Assembly: GCA_021785125.1 (NCBI GenBank)
Contig: JAJYGF010000019.1
Span: forward strand, 1 to 43,326
Origin: a bacterium
GTDB taxonomy: Bacteria; Patescibacteriota; Minisyncoccia; Moranbacterales; UBA2206
DNA length: 43,326 nt
Reading direction: 5' to 3'
The notes under the pieces are model-generated. The model worked only from the letters and a program-made list of their open reading frames with translations, was not told the origin of the DNA and searched no databases. Shown one piece after another: positions 16,818-24,662 of the stretch; the stretch's first letter is position 1; the number at the start of each line of letters is the position of its first letter. Both the position numbers and the translations under genes were made by a program.

Positions 16818-16912
16818 TTTCTAATTTTCAATTACTAATTTCTAGACAATTTTTAATTAAGAATTAAATCATTGTTTGAAAATTGAAAATTAATAATTTA
16901 AAATTTAAATTT
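16815..16912. repeat. A/T-rich heptamer arrays in inverted arrangement
   Basis: AATTTCT-AATTTTC-AATTACT-AATTTCT ... GAAAATT-GAAAATT-AATAATT-TAAAATT. Confidence 0.65.
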
Positions 16913-16913
16913 T

Positions 16914-17510
16914 ATGTCTAATAAAATTTATAATCAATATCTCATTCCGACTGTCATCGAGAAAAGCGGATATGGGGAAAGAGCGTATGATATCTATTCC
17001 AGGTTGCTAAAGGATCGCATAATTTTCTTGGGCGGTCCGATCGATGATGTCGTGGCGAACAGCATCATCGCCCAGCTTCTGTTCCTTGATTCGCAGAATT
17101 CCAAAGAGGATATCAAGCTGTACATAAATTCTCCGGGAGGAGTCGTCACTTCGGCCTTGGCGATCTACGACACGATGCAATATGTCAAAGCGGACGTTTC
17201 CACGATCTGCATCGGCATGGCGGCTTCCGCGGCGGCTCTGCTTCTGACGGCCGGAAAGGAAGGCAAGCGCATCGTTCTTCCGAACGGAGAAATCATGATT
17301 CATCAAGTCATGGGCGGGGCGCAGGGCCAAGCGACTGACGTGGCCATCCACGCCGACCATATTTTGAGGATCAAGAAAAAACTGAACGAAATTATGGCCA
17401 GACACACCGGCCAGCCGGTGTCCAAAGTCGAAAAAGATACGGAGCGCGATTATTTTATGACTGCGGATGAGGCTAAAAAATATGGAATAGTCGACAAGAT
17501 AATCAAATAA
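16914..17510 (+). CDS. clpP: ATP-dependent Clp protease proteolytic subunit
   Basis: [30 protein letters not shown] and ERDYFM motifs. Confidence 0.98.
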   Translation: MSNKIYNQYLIPTVIEKSGYGERAYDIYSRLLKDRIIFLGGPIDDVVANSIIAQLLFLDSQNSKEDIKLYINSPGGVVTSALAIYDTMQYVKADVSTICIGMAASAAALLLTAGKEGKRIVLPNGEIMIHQVMGGAQGQATDVAIHADHILRIKKKLNEIMARHTGQPVSKVEKDTERDYFMTADEAKKYGIVDKIIK

Positions 17511-17530
17511 AACTTCCACGAAGAATTTAC

Positions 17531-17561
17531 AAAAAGCGTCTTGAATGAAAAGACGCTTTTT
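17531..17561. terminator. Bidirectional intrinsic terminator
   Basis: AAAAAGCGTCTT..AAGACGCTTTTT. Confidence 0.85.
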
Positions 17562-17572
17562 CGATATCGTTT

Positions 17573-19144
17573 CTATTTCAGAAGTGGCAACAAGTTTTCG
17601 CCGGTCATTTCAGCCGGCTTTTCCAGATTGAAAAGTTCGAGGATGGTCGGCGCGATGTCGTTTAACATGTCTTCCGATTTTTTTGCGTCGGAAGCCGCCG
17701 CTTTTTCTCTGTGATTTTCGCCCGTCACAAACCAAAGAGGCACGGGATTTGTCGAATGCTCGGTATCGATTTCGCCCGTCAGGCTGTTTTTAACTTCTTC
17801 GGCATTGCCATGATCGGCGGTGATCAAAAGACATCCATCTTTCAACAATACTTGCGGTATCAATATGGACAGGCATGCATCGATGGTTTCAACCGCTTTT
17901 ATCGTAGCTTTTTCGTTTCCGGTGTGTCCGACAATGTCCGCATTGGCGTAGTTGATGAGAATGAAATCATAGGTATCTTTCTTTATTTCTTCCACGACTT
18001 TGTCGGTAATTTCATGAGCGCTCATTTCCGGAGCTTGGTCGAAGCTGGAAACGCTCTTTGACGGAATGATTATGCGATCTTCTCCGGGAAAAGGATCTTC
18101 CCGGCCGCCGTTGAAAAAGTATGTCACATGCGCGAACTTTTCCGTTTCGGCGATCCGGAGCTGTTTTAATCCATGCCGGCTGATCGTATCGCCCAGGCAG
18201 GTTAGAGTCTTTAGAGGATGGAACGCAATGCTGACCGGCAATCCTTCTTCGTATTGTGTCATGGTGACAAAATCAAGATTTTTGATCGATTGCCTTTCGA
18301 ATTTCATAAATCCCGGCAAGACAAACGCTTCGGTCAATTGGCGCGCGCGGTCTTCGCGAAAGTTGAAAAAAATAACAGAGTCGTTTTCTTTAATCGTCGC
18401 TATCGGATCGTTTTCGGAATCCGTCATAACTGCCGGTTCGACATATTCATCGAAAATTTCTCGGGCATACGAATCTTTCAGGTATCGGACCGGGTCTTTT
18501 ATTTTTATTCCTTTGCCTTCGGTCATGGCGTCGTAAGCTTTCTTCACTCGGTCCCAATTGTTATTCCTGTCCATGCCGAAATATCTTCCGCCGATAGTAG
18601 CAATCTTTCCTATTCCAAATTCAGCCATCTTTTTTTCCAATTCTTCTATTGATTCCACGCCCGAAGTGGGAGCTGAATCGCGGCCATCCGTGAACACATG
18701 CATGAAGACATTTCGCACTTTTTGATCTTTCGCCATTTCTAGAAGGGCGTAGAGGTGGTCCGTGTGCGAATGGACGGATCCTTTGCCGACCAAGCCGACA
18801 AGATGCAAGGCGGAATCATTTTCTTTGGCATGGTCCATGGCTCGCAAAAAACTCTGATGCTTGAAAAACTCTCCCGATTCGATCTCCATGGTTATCCGGG
18901 GCAGATTCTGGTAGATTATCTTGCCCGTACCGATAGTCATATGGCCGACCTCGGAATTGCCTGCCTCTCCCCATGGCAGGCCGACGGAAATGCCCGAAGC
19001 CTGAAGCGCCAGATTCGGATAGAATTTGTTCAGTTTTTCGATAGTCGGCAGGGCGGCTTTTGCGATGGCGTTTCCTTTCTCGCTTTTCCCAATGCCCCAG
19101 CCGTCGAGAACTATCAGAACGACAGGTTTGTGCATATTGAACAT
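17573..19144 (-). CDS. gpmI: 2,3-bisphosphoglycerate-independent phosphoglycerate mutase
   Basis: LDGWG, GNSEVGH, DGRD, AETEKFAHVT, ADIVGHTG, TADHGNAE and TEH motifs. Confidence 0.97.
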   Translation of the reverse strand: MFNMHKPVVLIVLDGWGIGKSEKGNAIAKAALPTIEKLNKFYPNLALQASGISVGLPWGEAGNSEVGHMTIGTGKIIYQNLPRITMEIESGEFFKHQSFLRAMDHAKENDSALHLVGLVGKGSVHSHTDHLYALLEMAKDQKVRNVFMHVFTDGRDSAPTSGVESIEELEKKMAEFGIGKIATIGGRYFGMDRNNNWDRVKKAYDAMTEGKGIKIKDPVRYLKDSYAREIFDEYVEPAVMTDSENDPIATIKENDSVIFFNFREDRARQLTEAFVLPGFMKFERQSIKNLDFVTMTQYEEGLPVSIAFHPLKTLTCLGDTISRHGLKQLRIAETEKFAHVTYFFNGGREDPFPGEDRIIIPSKSVSSFDQAPEMSAHEITDKVVEEIKKDTYDFILINYANADIVGHTGNEKATIKAVETIDACLSILIPQVLLKDGCLLITADHGNAEEVKNSLTGEIDTEHSTNPVPLWFVTGENHREKAAASDAKKSEDMLNDIAPTILELFNLEKPAEMTGENLLPLLK

Positions 19145-19367
19145 TTTTTATTTATGATGAAATAATATCATTTCAGCCGTTCTTTGACAAAAGGGTCGCG
19201 TTGTAATAAGATTGAAGGCGTATAATAATTTGTTTAAATCGGTTTATTTATTTGATAAATTTAGGAATCATGGTCAAATTTTGGCCGCTTGAAAGCTAAA
19301 ATTTAAAAATGACGAAACAAGATGAGTGTTGCTGGCGTGATTTATCAATTGAATAGAAGAAAAAAAT

Positions 19368-20885
19368 ATGGAAACAATAGTGGGTCTTTTGAGTTTGGCG
19401 ATAGGAGCGGCATCGGGTTATTATGTAAGACAGATTATCGCTAAAAAACAGCTCGGCACGGCGGAAGGCAAAGCTTCCAAGCTTTTGGACGAAGCGGAAA
19501 AAAAGGCGCAGGAAGCTTTGTTGGATGCCAAAAACAAAGCCGTAAATATTCTGGAAGAAGCCAAAAAGAAAGAAGCGGACAGGGAGAATCAAATAATGCG
19601 CCTCGAAGAGCGCCTTGAAAAAAGAGAGATCAGCCTCGACAGCAAGATGGAGGAAATTGAGCGCGCGAAGAATATTTTGGAAAAGAAAGCGGAAGAAATT
19701 CGTCAGATCAGAAAAGAAGCGGATGATGCCAGAAAGCAGGAGTTGAAAAGGCTGGAGAAAATCGCCGGACTTTCCAAGGAAGATGCGAAAAAAGTCCTGT
19801 TGCAGTTGACCGAAGAAGAGAATCGGGGCATGCTTGCCAAAAAGATCAAAGATCTCGAAATCAATGGTCTGGAAGAACTGAATAAAAAGGCCAAGGACAT
19901 CATGACCGCAGCTATCCAAAAATACGCCGGTTCGCATGCGGCGGATGTGACGACCAGCACGGTCAGCATCCCATCCGATGAAGTGAAGGGGAGGATAATC
20001 GGACGAGAGGGAAGGAATATCAAAACTTTGGAGAGATTGACCGGCATAGAAATCATCGTTGACGATACTCCGGAAGCGATCGTGATTTCCGGATTCGATC
20101 CGATCAGGAGGGAAACCGCCAAAATAGCCATTGAAAAATTGGTGGGTGACGGAAGGATCCATCCGACCAAAATTGAAGAAGCGGTCGAATATGCCAAGCA
20201 GGAGATAAACAACAAGATCAAAGAAGCTGGTGAAGCGGCGGCGTATGACGTGGGCGTGGCCGGGCTTGATCCGAAACTGATACAGATTCTCGGCAGGCTT
20301 CGCTACAGGACCAGTTATGGCCAGAACGCGTTGCTCCATTCGTTGGAAGTGGCGCATTTGTCCGGAGCATTGGCGGCGGAGCTGGGCGCGGATGTGGCGA
20401 TCGCGAAAAAAGCCGGACTCCTGCACGACATAGGCAAGGCGATTGATCATGAAGTCGAGGGGACCCATGTCGAAATCGGCATCAAGATACTTCAAAAATT
20501 CAACGTCGGCAAGGAGATAATCAATGCCATGCGGGCGCATCACGAGGATTATCCTTTCGAAAGTCCGGAATCCATGATCATTGCGGCGGCCGATGCTATT
20601 TCTGCCAGCCGGCCGGGCGCCAGAAAAGATACTTTGGAAAATTATCTGAAGAGATTGAGCGAACTGGAGGAAGTGGCCAATTCGTTTGAAGAAGTTGAAA
20701 AGAGCTATGCCATTCAAGCCGGCCGTGAAATCAGAGTTTTCGTCAAGCCTGAAAAAACCGATGATCTCGGAGCGATCAAATTGGCTCGCGCGATCGCGGA
20801 TAAGATTGAAAAAGAACTTAAATATCCGGGCGAGATCAAAGTCAATGTCATCCGGGAGACGAGGGCCTTGGAAGTGGCGAGATAA
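19368..20885 (+). CDS. rny: Ribonuclease Y
   Basis: N-terminal TM, coiled coil, KH domain (KGRIIGREGRNI), HD domain (LHSLEV..GLLHDIGK), YAIQAGREIRV. Confidence 0.98.
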   Translation: METIVGLLSLAIGAASGYYVRQIIAKKQLGTAEGKASKLLDEAEKKAQEALLDAKNKAVNILEEAKKKEADRENQIMRLEERLEKREISLDSKMEEIERAKNILEKKAEEIRQIRKEADDARKQELKRLEKIAGLSKEDAKKVLLQLTEEENRGMLAKKIKDLEINGLEELNKKAKDIMTAAIQKYAGSHAADVTTSTVSIPSDEVKGRIIGREGRNIKTLERLTGIEIIVDDTPEAIVISGFDPIRRETAKIAIEKLVGDGRIHPTKIEEAVEYAKQEINNKIKEAGEAAAYDVGVAGLDPKLIQILGRLRYRTSYGQNALLHSLEVAHLSGALAAELGADVAIAKKAGLLHDIGKAIDHEVEGTHVEIGIKILQKFNVGKEIINAMRAHHEDYPFESPESMIIAAADAISASRPGARKDTLENYLKRLSELEEVANSFEEVEKSYAIQAGREIRVFVKPEKTDDLGAIKLARAIADKIEKELKYPGEIKVNVIRETRALEVAR

Positions 20886-20913
20886 AGCCAAATTGATTGT
20901 ATTATTATGGGCC

Positions 20914-20987
20914 TGTGCCCAGCACTAAGCACTTGCTTCGCAATTTTGGTGCCAAAGACACCGTGTGCAAAGTTAGTGCTGGGTGTG
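20914..20987 (+). repeat. Short inverted-repeat element enclosing three mini-hairpins
   Basis: TGTGCCCAGCACTAA ... TTAGTGCTGGGTGTG, with inner TTGC-TTC-GCAA, TTTGGTGCCAAA and ACACCGTGT. The right end overlaps a DnaA box at 20984-20992. Confidence 0.65.
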
Positions 20988-21127
20988 GATAAGTAAATTT
21001 GCCTTATCTAAAGCGGAAATAGTAAAATAGATAAAGAGAATCGCTTGTTTAAGCGGAAAATAAAAATAGATTCGCTCTGGCGGGTAAGTTCGCAGAAGGC
21101 GGATGAACTAGAAAGGAAGGTGTAAAT

Positions 21128-21409
21128 ATGACAAACATAAATAAAGACGCTTTGGTAACCTCCATTTCGACCAAGACGGAGCAATCCAAAAAGGATGTCG
21201 AAACAGTTATCGACACGATGGTGGAAGAAATCACAAAATCTCTTCGCGCCGGAGACAAAGTCACTTTGACCGGTTTCGGAACTTTTAAAGTTTCCAAGAG
21301 AGCCGCGAGAGAGGGTATCAATCCTCAAACCAAGGCTAAGATCCAGATTCCTGCAATGACCGTTCCGAAATTCACGGCCGGAAAAGCCTTGAAAGAAGCT
21401 GTAAAATAA
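21128..21409 (+). CDS. hup: HU-family DNA-binding protein
   Basis: GFGTFKVSKRAAREGINPQT..IPA..VPKFTAGKALKEAVK. Confidence 0.97.
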   Translation: MTNINKDALVTSISTKTEQSKKDVETVIDTMVEEITKSLRAGDKVTLTGFGTFKVSKRAAREGINPQTKAKIQIPAMTVPKFTAGKALKEAVK

Positions 21410-21429
21410 TTTCTTTCTTGCAGATATGC

Positions 21430-21453
21430 AAATCCCGCCTAGGCGGGATTTTT
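21430..21453 (+). terminator. Intrinsic terminator
   Basis: AAATCCCGCCTAGGCGGGATTTTT. Confidence 0.8.
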
Positions 21454-21505
21454 GCTTCTCCGGTTGACTCATCGTAAATTTAAAGATAATATATTTATGT
21501 TATGG

Positions 21506-21576
21506 CGGGGCGTTGTGTAATGGTAGCGCGCTTGGTTTGGGACCAAGTAGTCCGAGTTCAAGTCTCGGCGCCCCGA
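21506..21576 (+). tRNA. tRNA-Pro(TGG)
   Basis: Acceptor CGGGGCG/CGCCCCG-A, anticodon arm CTTGG-TTTGGGA-CCAAG, T arm CCGAG-TTCAAGT-CTCGG. Confidence 0.93.
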
Positions 21577-21594
21577 CACGATGGAAGATAACAA

Positions 21595-21666
21595 GCGGGT
21601 ATCGTATAGCGGCTATTATGCGACCCTTCCAAGGTTGAGATGGGGGTCCGACTCCCCCTACCCGCT
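21595..21666 (+). tRNA. tRNA-Gly(TCC)
   Basis: Acceptor GCGGGTA/TACCCGC-T, anticodon arm CGACC-CTTCCAA-GGTTG, T-loop TCCGACT. Confidence 0.92.
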
Positions 21667-21671
21667 CAAAA

Positions 21672-21706
21672 AAAGAAAAAACTTCCCTTTTGGAAGTTTT
21701 TTCTTT
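21672..21706 (+). terminator. Intrinsic terminator after tRNA-Gly(TCC)
   Basis: AAAGAAAAAACTTCC..GGAAGTTTTTTCTTT. Confidence 0.7.
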
Positions 21707-21726
21707 ATAATTGCTTTATTGCGCAG

Positions 21727-21797
21727 GCGAGATTAGTACAGTGGCAGTACGCTTGCTTCCCAAGCAAGAGACGCGAGTCCGATTCTCGTATCTCGCT
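21727..21797 (+). tRNA. tRNA-Gly(CCC)
   Basis: Acceptor GCGAGAT/ATCTCGC-T, anticodon arm CTTGC-TTCCCAA-GCAAG, T-loop TCCGATT. Confidence 0.92.
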
Positions 21798-21819
21798 CCT
21801 TAATTATTTATTGAATAAC

Positions 21820-22347
21820 ATGAAAAAAATAATCATCGTGGCAACAGCTGTTCTTGTGATTGGCGGAATAATTTTTATTTCGGTGAAAAATAAAAACAAT
21901 AAATCTCAAAATTCCAAGGAGCTTAGCTCCAAAACGGCCAAAGAATCTCAGGAGCTAAGCTCCTTGGCTTCCCAAAGCGCGGCAGACCAAGCTAATCAAC
22001 AAACTCAAGATACAAAACCTATGGGACTGGAAATTAAAACCACGAAAGAAGGGGCTGGCGATCGAGTGGTGAAAAATGGCGACACCATCACGGTCAATTA
22101 CACCGGCAAATTGGAAAACGGCACTAAATTCGATTCGAGCTATGATCGGAATCAGCCGTTCACTTTCCAGATCGGACAAGGCCAAGTCATCCAAGGTTGG
22201 GAACAAGGGCTTCTGGGAATGAAAGTCGGCGAGAAAAGAACCTTGACCATTCCGGCTGATTTAGGCTATGGCGCCAATGGCATACCGGGAGTTATCCCGC
22301 CGAACGCGACTTTGATCTTCGATACGGAACTCGTCTCGATCCAATAA
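21820..22347 (+). CDS. FKBP-type peptidyl-prolyl isomerase with N-terminal membrane anchor
   Basis: Start at MKKIIIV (the upstream part of the track ORF overlaps tRNAs). [20 protein letters not shown] and [13 protein letters not shown] motifs. Confidence 0.95.
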   Translation: MKKIIIVATAVLVIGGIIFISVKNKNNKSQNSKELSSKTAKESQELSSLASQSAADQANQQTQDTKPMGLEIKTTKEGAGDRVVKNGDTITVNYTGKLENGTKFDSSYDRNQPFTFQIGQGQVIQGWEQGLLGMKVGEKRTLTIPADLGYGANGIPGVIPPNATLIFDTELVSIQ

Positions 22348-22354
22348 TTTTTGC

Positions 22355-22381
22355 AAAGACTGCCTCTTCGGGCAGTTTTTT
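22355..22381 (+). terminator. Intrinsic terminator
   Basis: AAAGACTGCCT-CTTC-GGGCAGTTTTTT. Confidence 0.8.
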
Positions 22382-22535
22382 GTTGTACATAGAATATCGA
22401 AAAAATTGAATCGACCCTGCCGAAAGAGTTTGGAGAGATTATGGAATAATTGACAATAACTTAAGAATGAATTAATTTGAATAGAACCGTCAGGGTTTTA
22501 TTCCTTTAAAATTTAATATAACAAGGGGGCAAAAG

Positions 22536-23513
22536 ATGAATCTTCTGGGAGTGTATTTCGGGTATGTTTTCTGGGCATCAGGAGCGCGGAATTTTTTCGG
22601 GCAGGGTTGGTGGTACCATATTTTTCTTAGATTGTGGTATGGCATAGATTTTTCTCGTGCGACATTGATAAGTAAGACCACGACGCTCTGGATGCGGGCT
22701 GGCAACATGCCGTTGTTTTTCCTCCAGCCTTCGGAGATTATTCCAAGATGCATCTATATCGATCGGAAGAATAAGGTCATTGTTAATGCTGTCGGATTGA
22801 GCGGGCCTGGATTTAAGAAATTATTAAAGAAGAACAAGTGGCAGAAAATGAAAAAGCCATTCCTTCTTTCAGTCATGCCTGTTGGGAAAACGAAAGAGGA
22901 ACGTTTGGAGGAGATGCGTGAAATCATCGTATTGCTCTTCGCTGATATGCGCAGGAAGGCCTGGGCGACAGAATTCGGATTGGAAATAAACATATCTTGT
23001 CCGAACACGGAACATGACCCGAATGAACTTGTCAAAGAAGCGATGGAGCTTCTTGAAATCGCTAGACGTTCTGGGCTTCCGATCGTCCTCAAGATCAATG
23101 CATTGGTGAAGATCAAATCGGCGCTTGCTATTGCAGAATCCGGCCTTTGCGACGCGATTGATGTTTCCAATACGATTCCTTTCGGCGAATTGCCGGATCG
23201 GATCCCTTGGAAAAAACTTTTTCCGGAAGGCTCCCCTCTTCTCAAGAGAGGACTCAAGGAAAAAGGCGGTCTTTCCGGAGAGCCTCTGCTGGAAATCGTG
23301 GCTGATTGGATAAGAGAATTCAGGAAATTCAACAAGCTTTTTCCGCTTATCGGAGGAGGTGGTATTCTCGATGCCAGAGACGTGGATGTGATGTTTGAAT
23401 CCGGAGCGACTGCCATTTCGATCGGCAGCATAGTCATGTTAGCTCCGCAGAGTATACGGGGAGTCATGGAGAGGATCGATCGACATATGCGCATGGATCT
23501 GATACGCAAATAA
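22536..23513 (+). CDS. pyrD: Dihydroorotate dehydrogenase-like protein (divergent)
   Basis: ASG, SKTTT, NAVGLSGPG, EINISCPN, SNT, GGLSG and GGGGI motifs. Adjacent to a dihydroorotase. Confidence 0.82.
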   Translation: MNLLGVYFGYVFWASGARNFFGQGWWYHIFLRLWYGIDFSRATLISKTTTLWMRAGNMPLFFLQPSEIIPRCIYIDRKNKVIVNAVGLSGPGFKKLLKKNKWQKMKKPFLLSVMPVGKTKEERLEEMREIIVLLFADMRRKAWATEFGLEINISCPNTEHDPNELVKEAMELLEIARRSGLPIVLKINALVKIKSALAIAESGLCDAIDVSNTIPFGELPDRIPWKKLFPEGSPLLKRGLKEKGGLSGEPLLEIVADWIREFRKFNKLFPLIGGGGILDARDVDVMFESGATAISIGSIVMLAPQSIRGVMERIDRHMRMDLIRK

Positions 23514-23535
23514 ATTAACATGGAGGATTGAAAAA

Positions 23536-24573
23536 ATGAGGCGCTATGAGTTTGTCTTTAACTTCCTGCCATTTGATGCTCATCTGCATCTAAGGCGGGG
23601 CCTTATGCTGGCCGATGTCATCATCCAGGCCTCATGCTGGGCCGTCGTCATGGGCAATACTTCTCCCTACCCCATAGTTTCAAGCCGCGATGTTAGGAAG
23701 TATAGGCGGGAAATGAAGCGTCACAGGCCTGATTTCAAGCCGGTCATATCAGTTATGCTTACAAAAGATATGACAGTCAAGAAATTAAGAAGGGCCTACA
23801 AGGCAGGGGCGCAAGTTCTGAAGATGATTCCCGTGGGCACATCTACCGGATCATCCAGGGGGATAGCTCTGATAGAATTGCCGGCATATTATCCAGTCTT
23901 ACTGGAAGCAAAAAGGTTGGGCATGGTTTTTTCCGGCCATTGGGAGCTGGATGTTGATCAATTCGGAAAAGCAATCCCCAAAATTGAACAGGAAGAAGGA
24001 GCGATTCCTATTTTGGCCCAATTGGTCGCAGATATCCCGGGCCTGAAAGTAGTGGTCGAACATACCAGCGTGCGGAAAATGATCGAATTTGTAAAAGGCG
24101 CGCCGGCAAATGTGGTTGCAACCCTCACATTGCATCACGCTACTGTCACTTACGATCAGGTTTTCAGTAATAAAGGCAGTGTAAAAGCCCCCAATCTATA
24201 TTGCAAGCCATGCGCTAAAACTCGGGATGATTGCCGCGCGGTAATCGAGGCGATGACAAGCGGCAATCCGAAGTTTTTCTTCGGGTCGGATAGCGCGCCA
24301 TGGCACCGCAACGACAAAAAGCTCGGTTCGGAAAAGGCGGGCATATTCACCCCGTACAAAGTTTATGTACCCCGTTTGGTAGAGCTTTTCGAAAGGGAAA
24401 AAGCGCTGCATAAACTGGAAGCGTTCCTATGTATTTATGGTCCGCTATTCTATGGATTCCAGCCGTTTCCGGCGGCGGTTAATCTACGTCGGCGGCCGAT
24501 AAGGATATGCAAATATTATAAAAACATACCTGTGTTTCTGGGAGGAGAATTACAGGAATGGAGCATTGTTTAG
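23536..24573 (+). CDS. pyrC: Dihydroorotase, homodimeric E. coli-like type (divergent)
   Basis: DAHLHLR, VVMGN, KMIP.GT.TGS, GHWE, VEH, YCKP and FFGSDSAP motifs. Confidence 0.88.
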   Translation: MRRYEFVFNFLPFDAHLHLRRGLMLADVIIQASCWAVVMGNTSPYPIVSSRDVRKYRREMKRHRPDFKPVISVMLTKDMTVKKLRRAYKAGAQVLKMIPVGTSTGSSRGIALIELPAYYPVLLEAKRLGMVFSGHWELDVDQFGKAIPKIEQEEGAIPILAQLVADIPGLKVVVEHTSVRKMIEFVKGAPANVVATLTLHHATVTYDQVFSNKGSVKAPNLYCKPCAKTRDDCRAVIEAMTSGNPKFFFGSDSAPWHRNDKKLGSEKAGIFTPYKVYVPRLVELFEREKALHKLEAFLCIYGPLFYGFQPFPAAVNLRRRPIRICKYYKNIPVFLGGELQEWSIV

Positions 24574-24578
24574 TTCTC

Positions 24579-24610
24579 AAGACCTGCCAAGTCATGACTT
24601 GGCAGGTCTT
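24579..24610. terminator. Perfect 32-bp palindrome, likely terminator
   Basis: AAGACCTGCCAAGTCATGACTTGGCAGGTCTT followed by TT. Confidence 0.75.
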
Positions 24611-24662
24611 TTCATTTGCTATATAATATGCGGCACTAAACTAATATGGTAAGATGTAAAAT

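Noticed and set aside
19296-20891. 531-aa antisense ORF spanning rny, and similar long antisense ORFs over the SBP, nusA, tig, infB, rpoB/C and ftsK genes
   Set aside because: They are shadows of well-supported genes, are Phe-rich from reversed Lys/Glu codons, and have no recognisable motifs.
21640-21819. N-terminal extension of the FKBP ORF
   Set aside because: It overlaps two tRNA-Gly genes and a terminator. The real start is ATG 21820.
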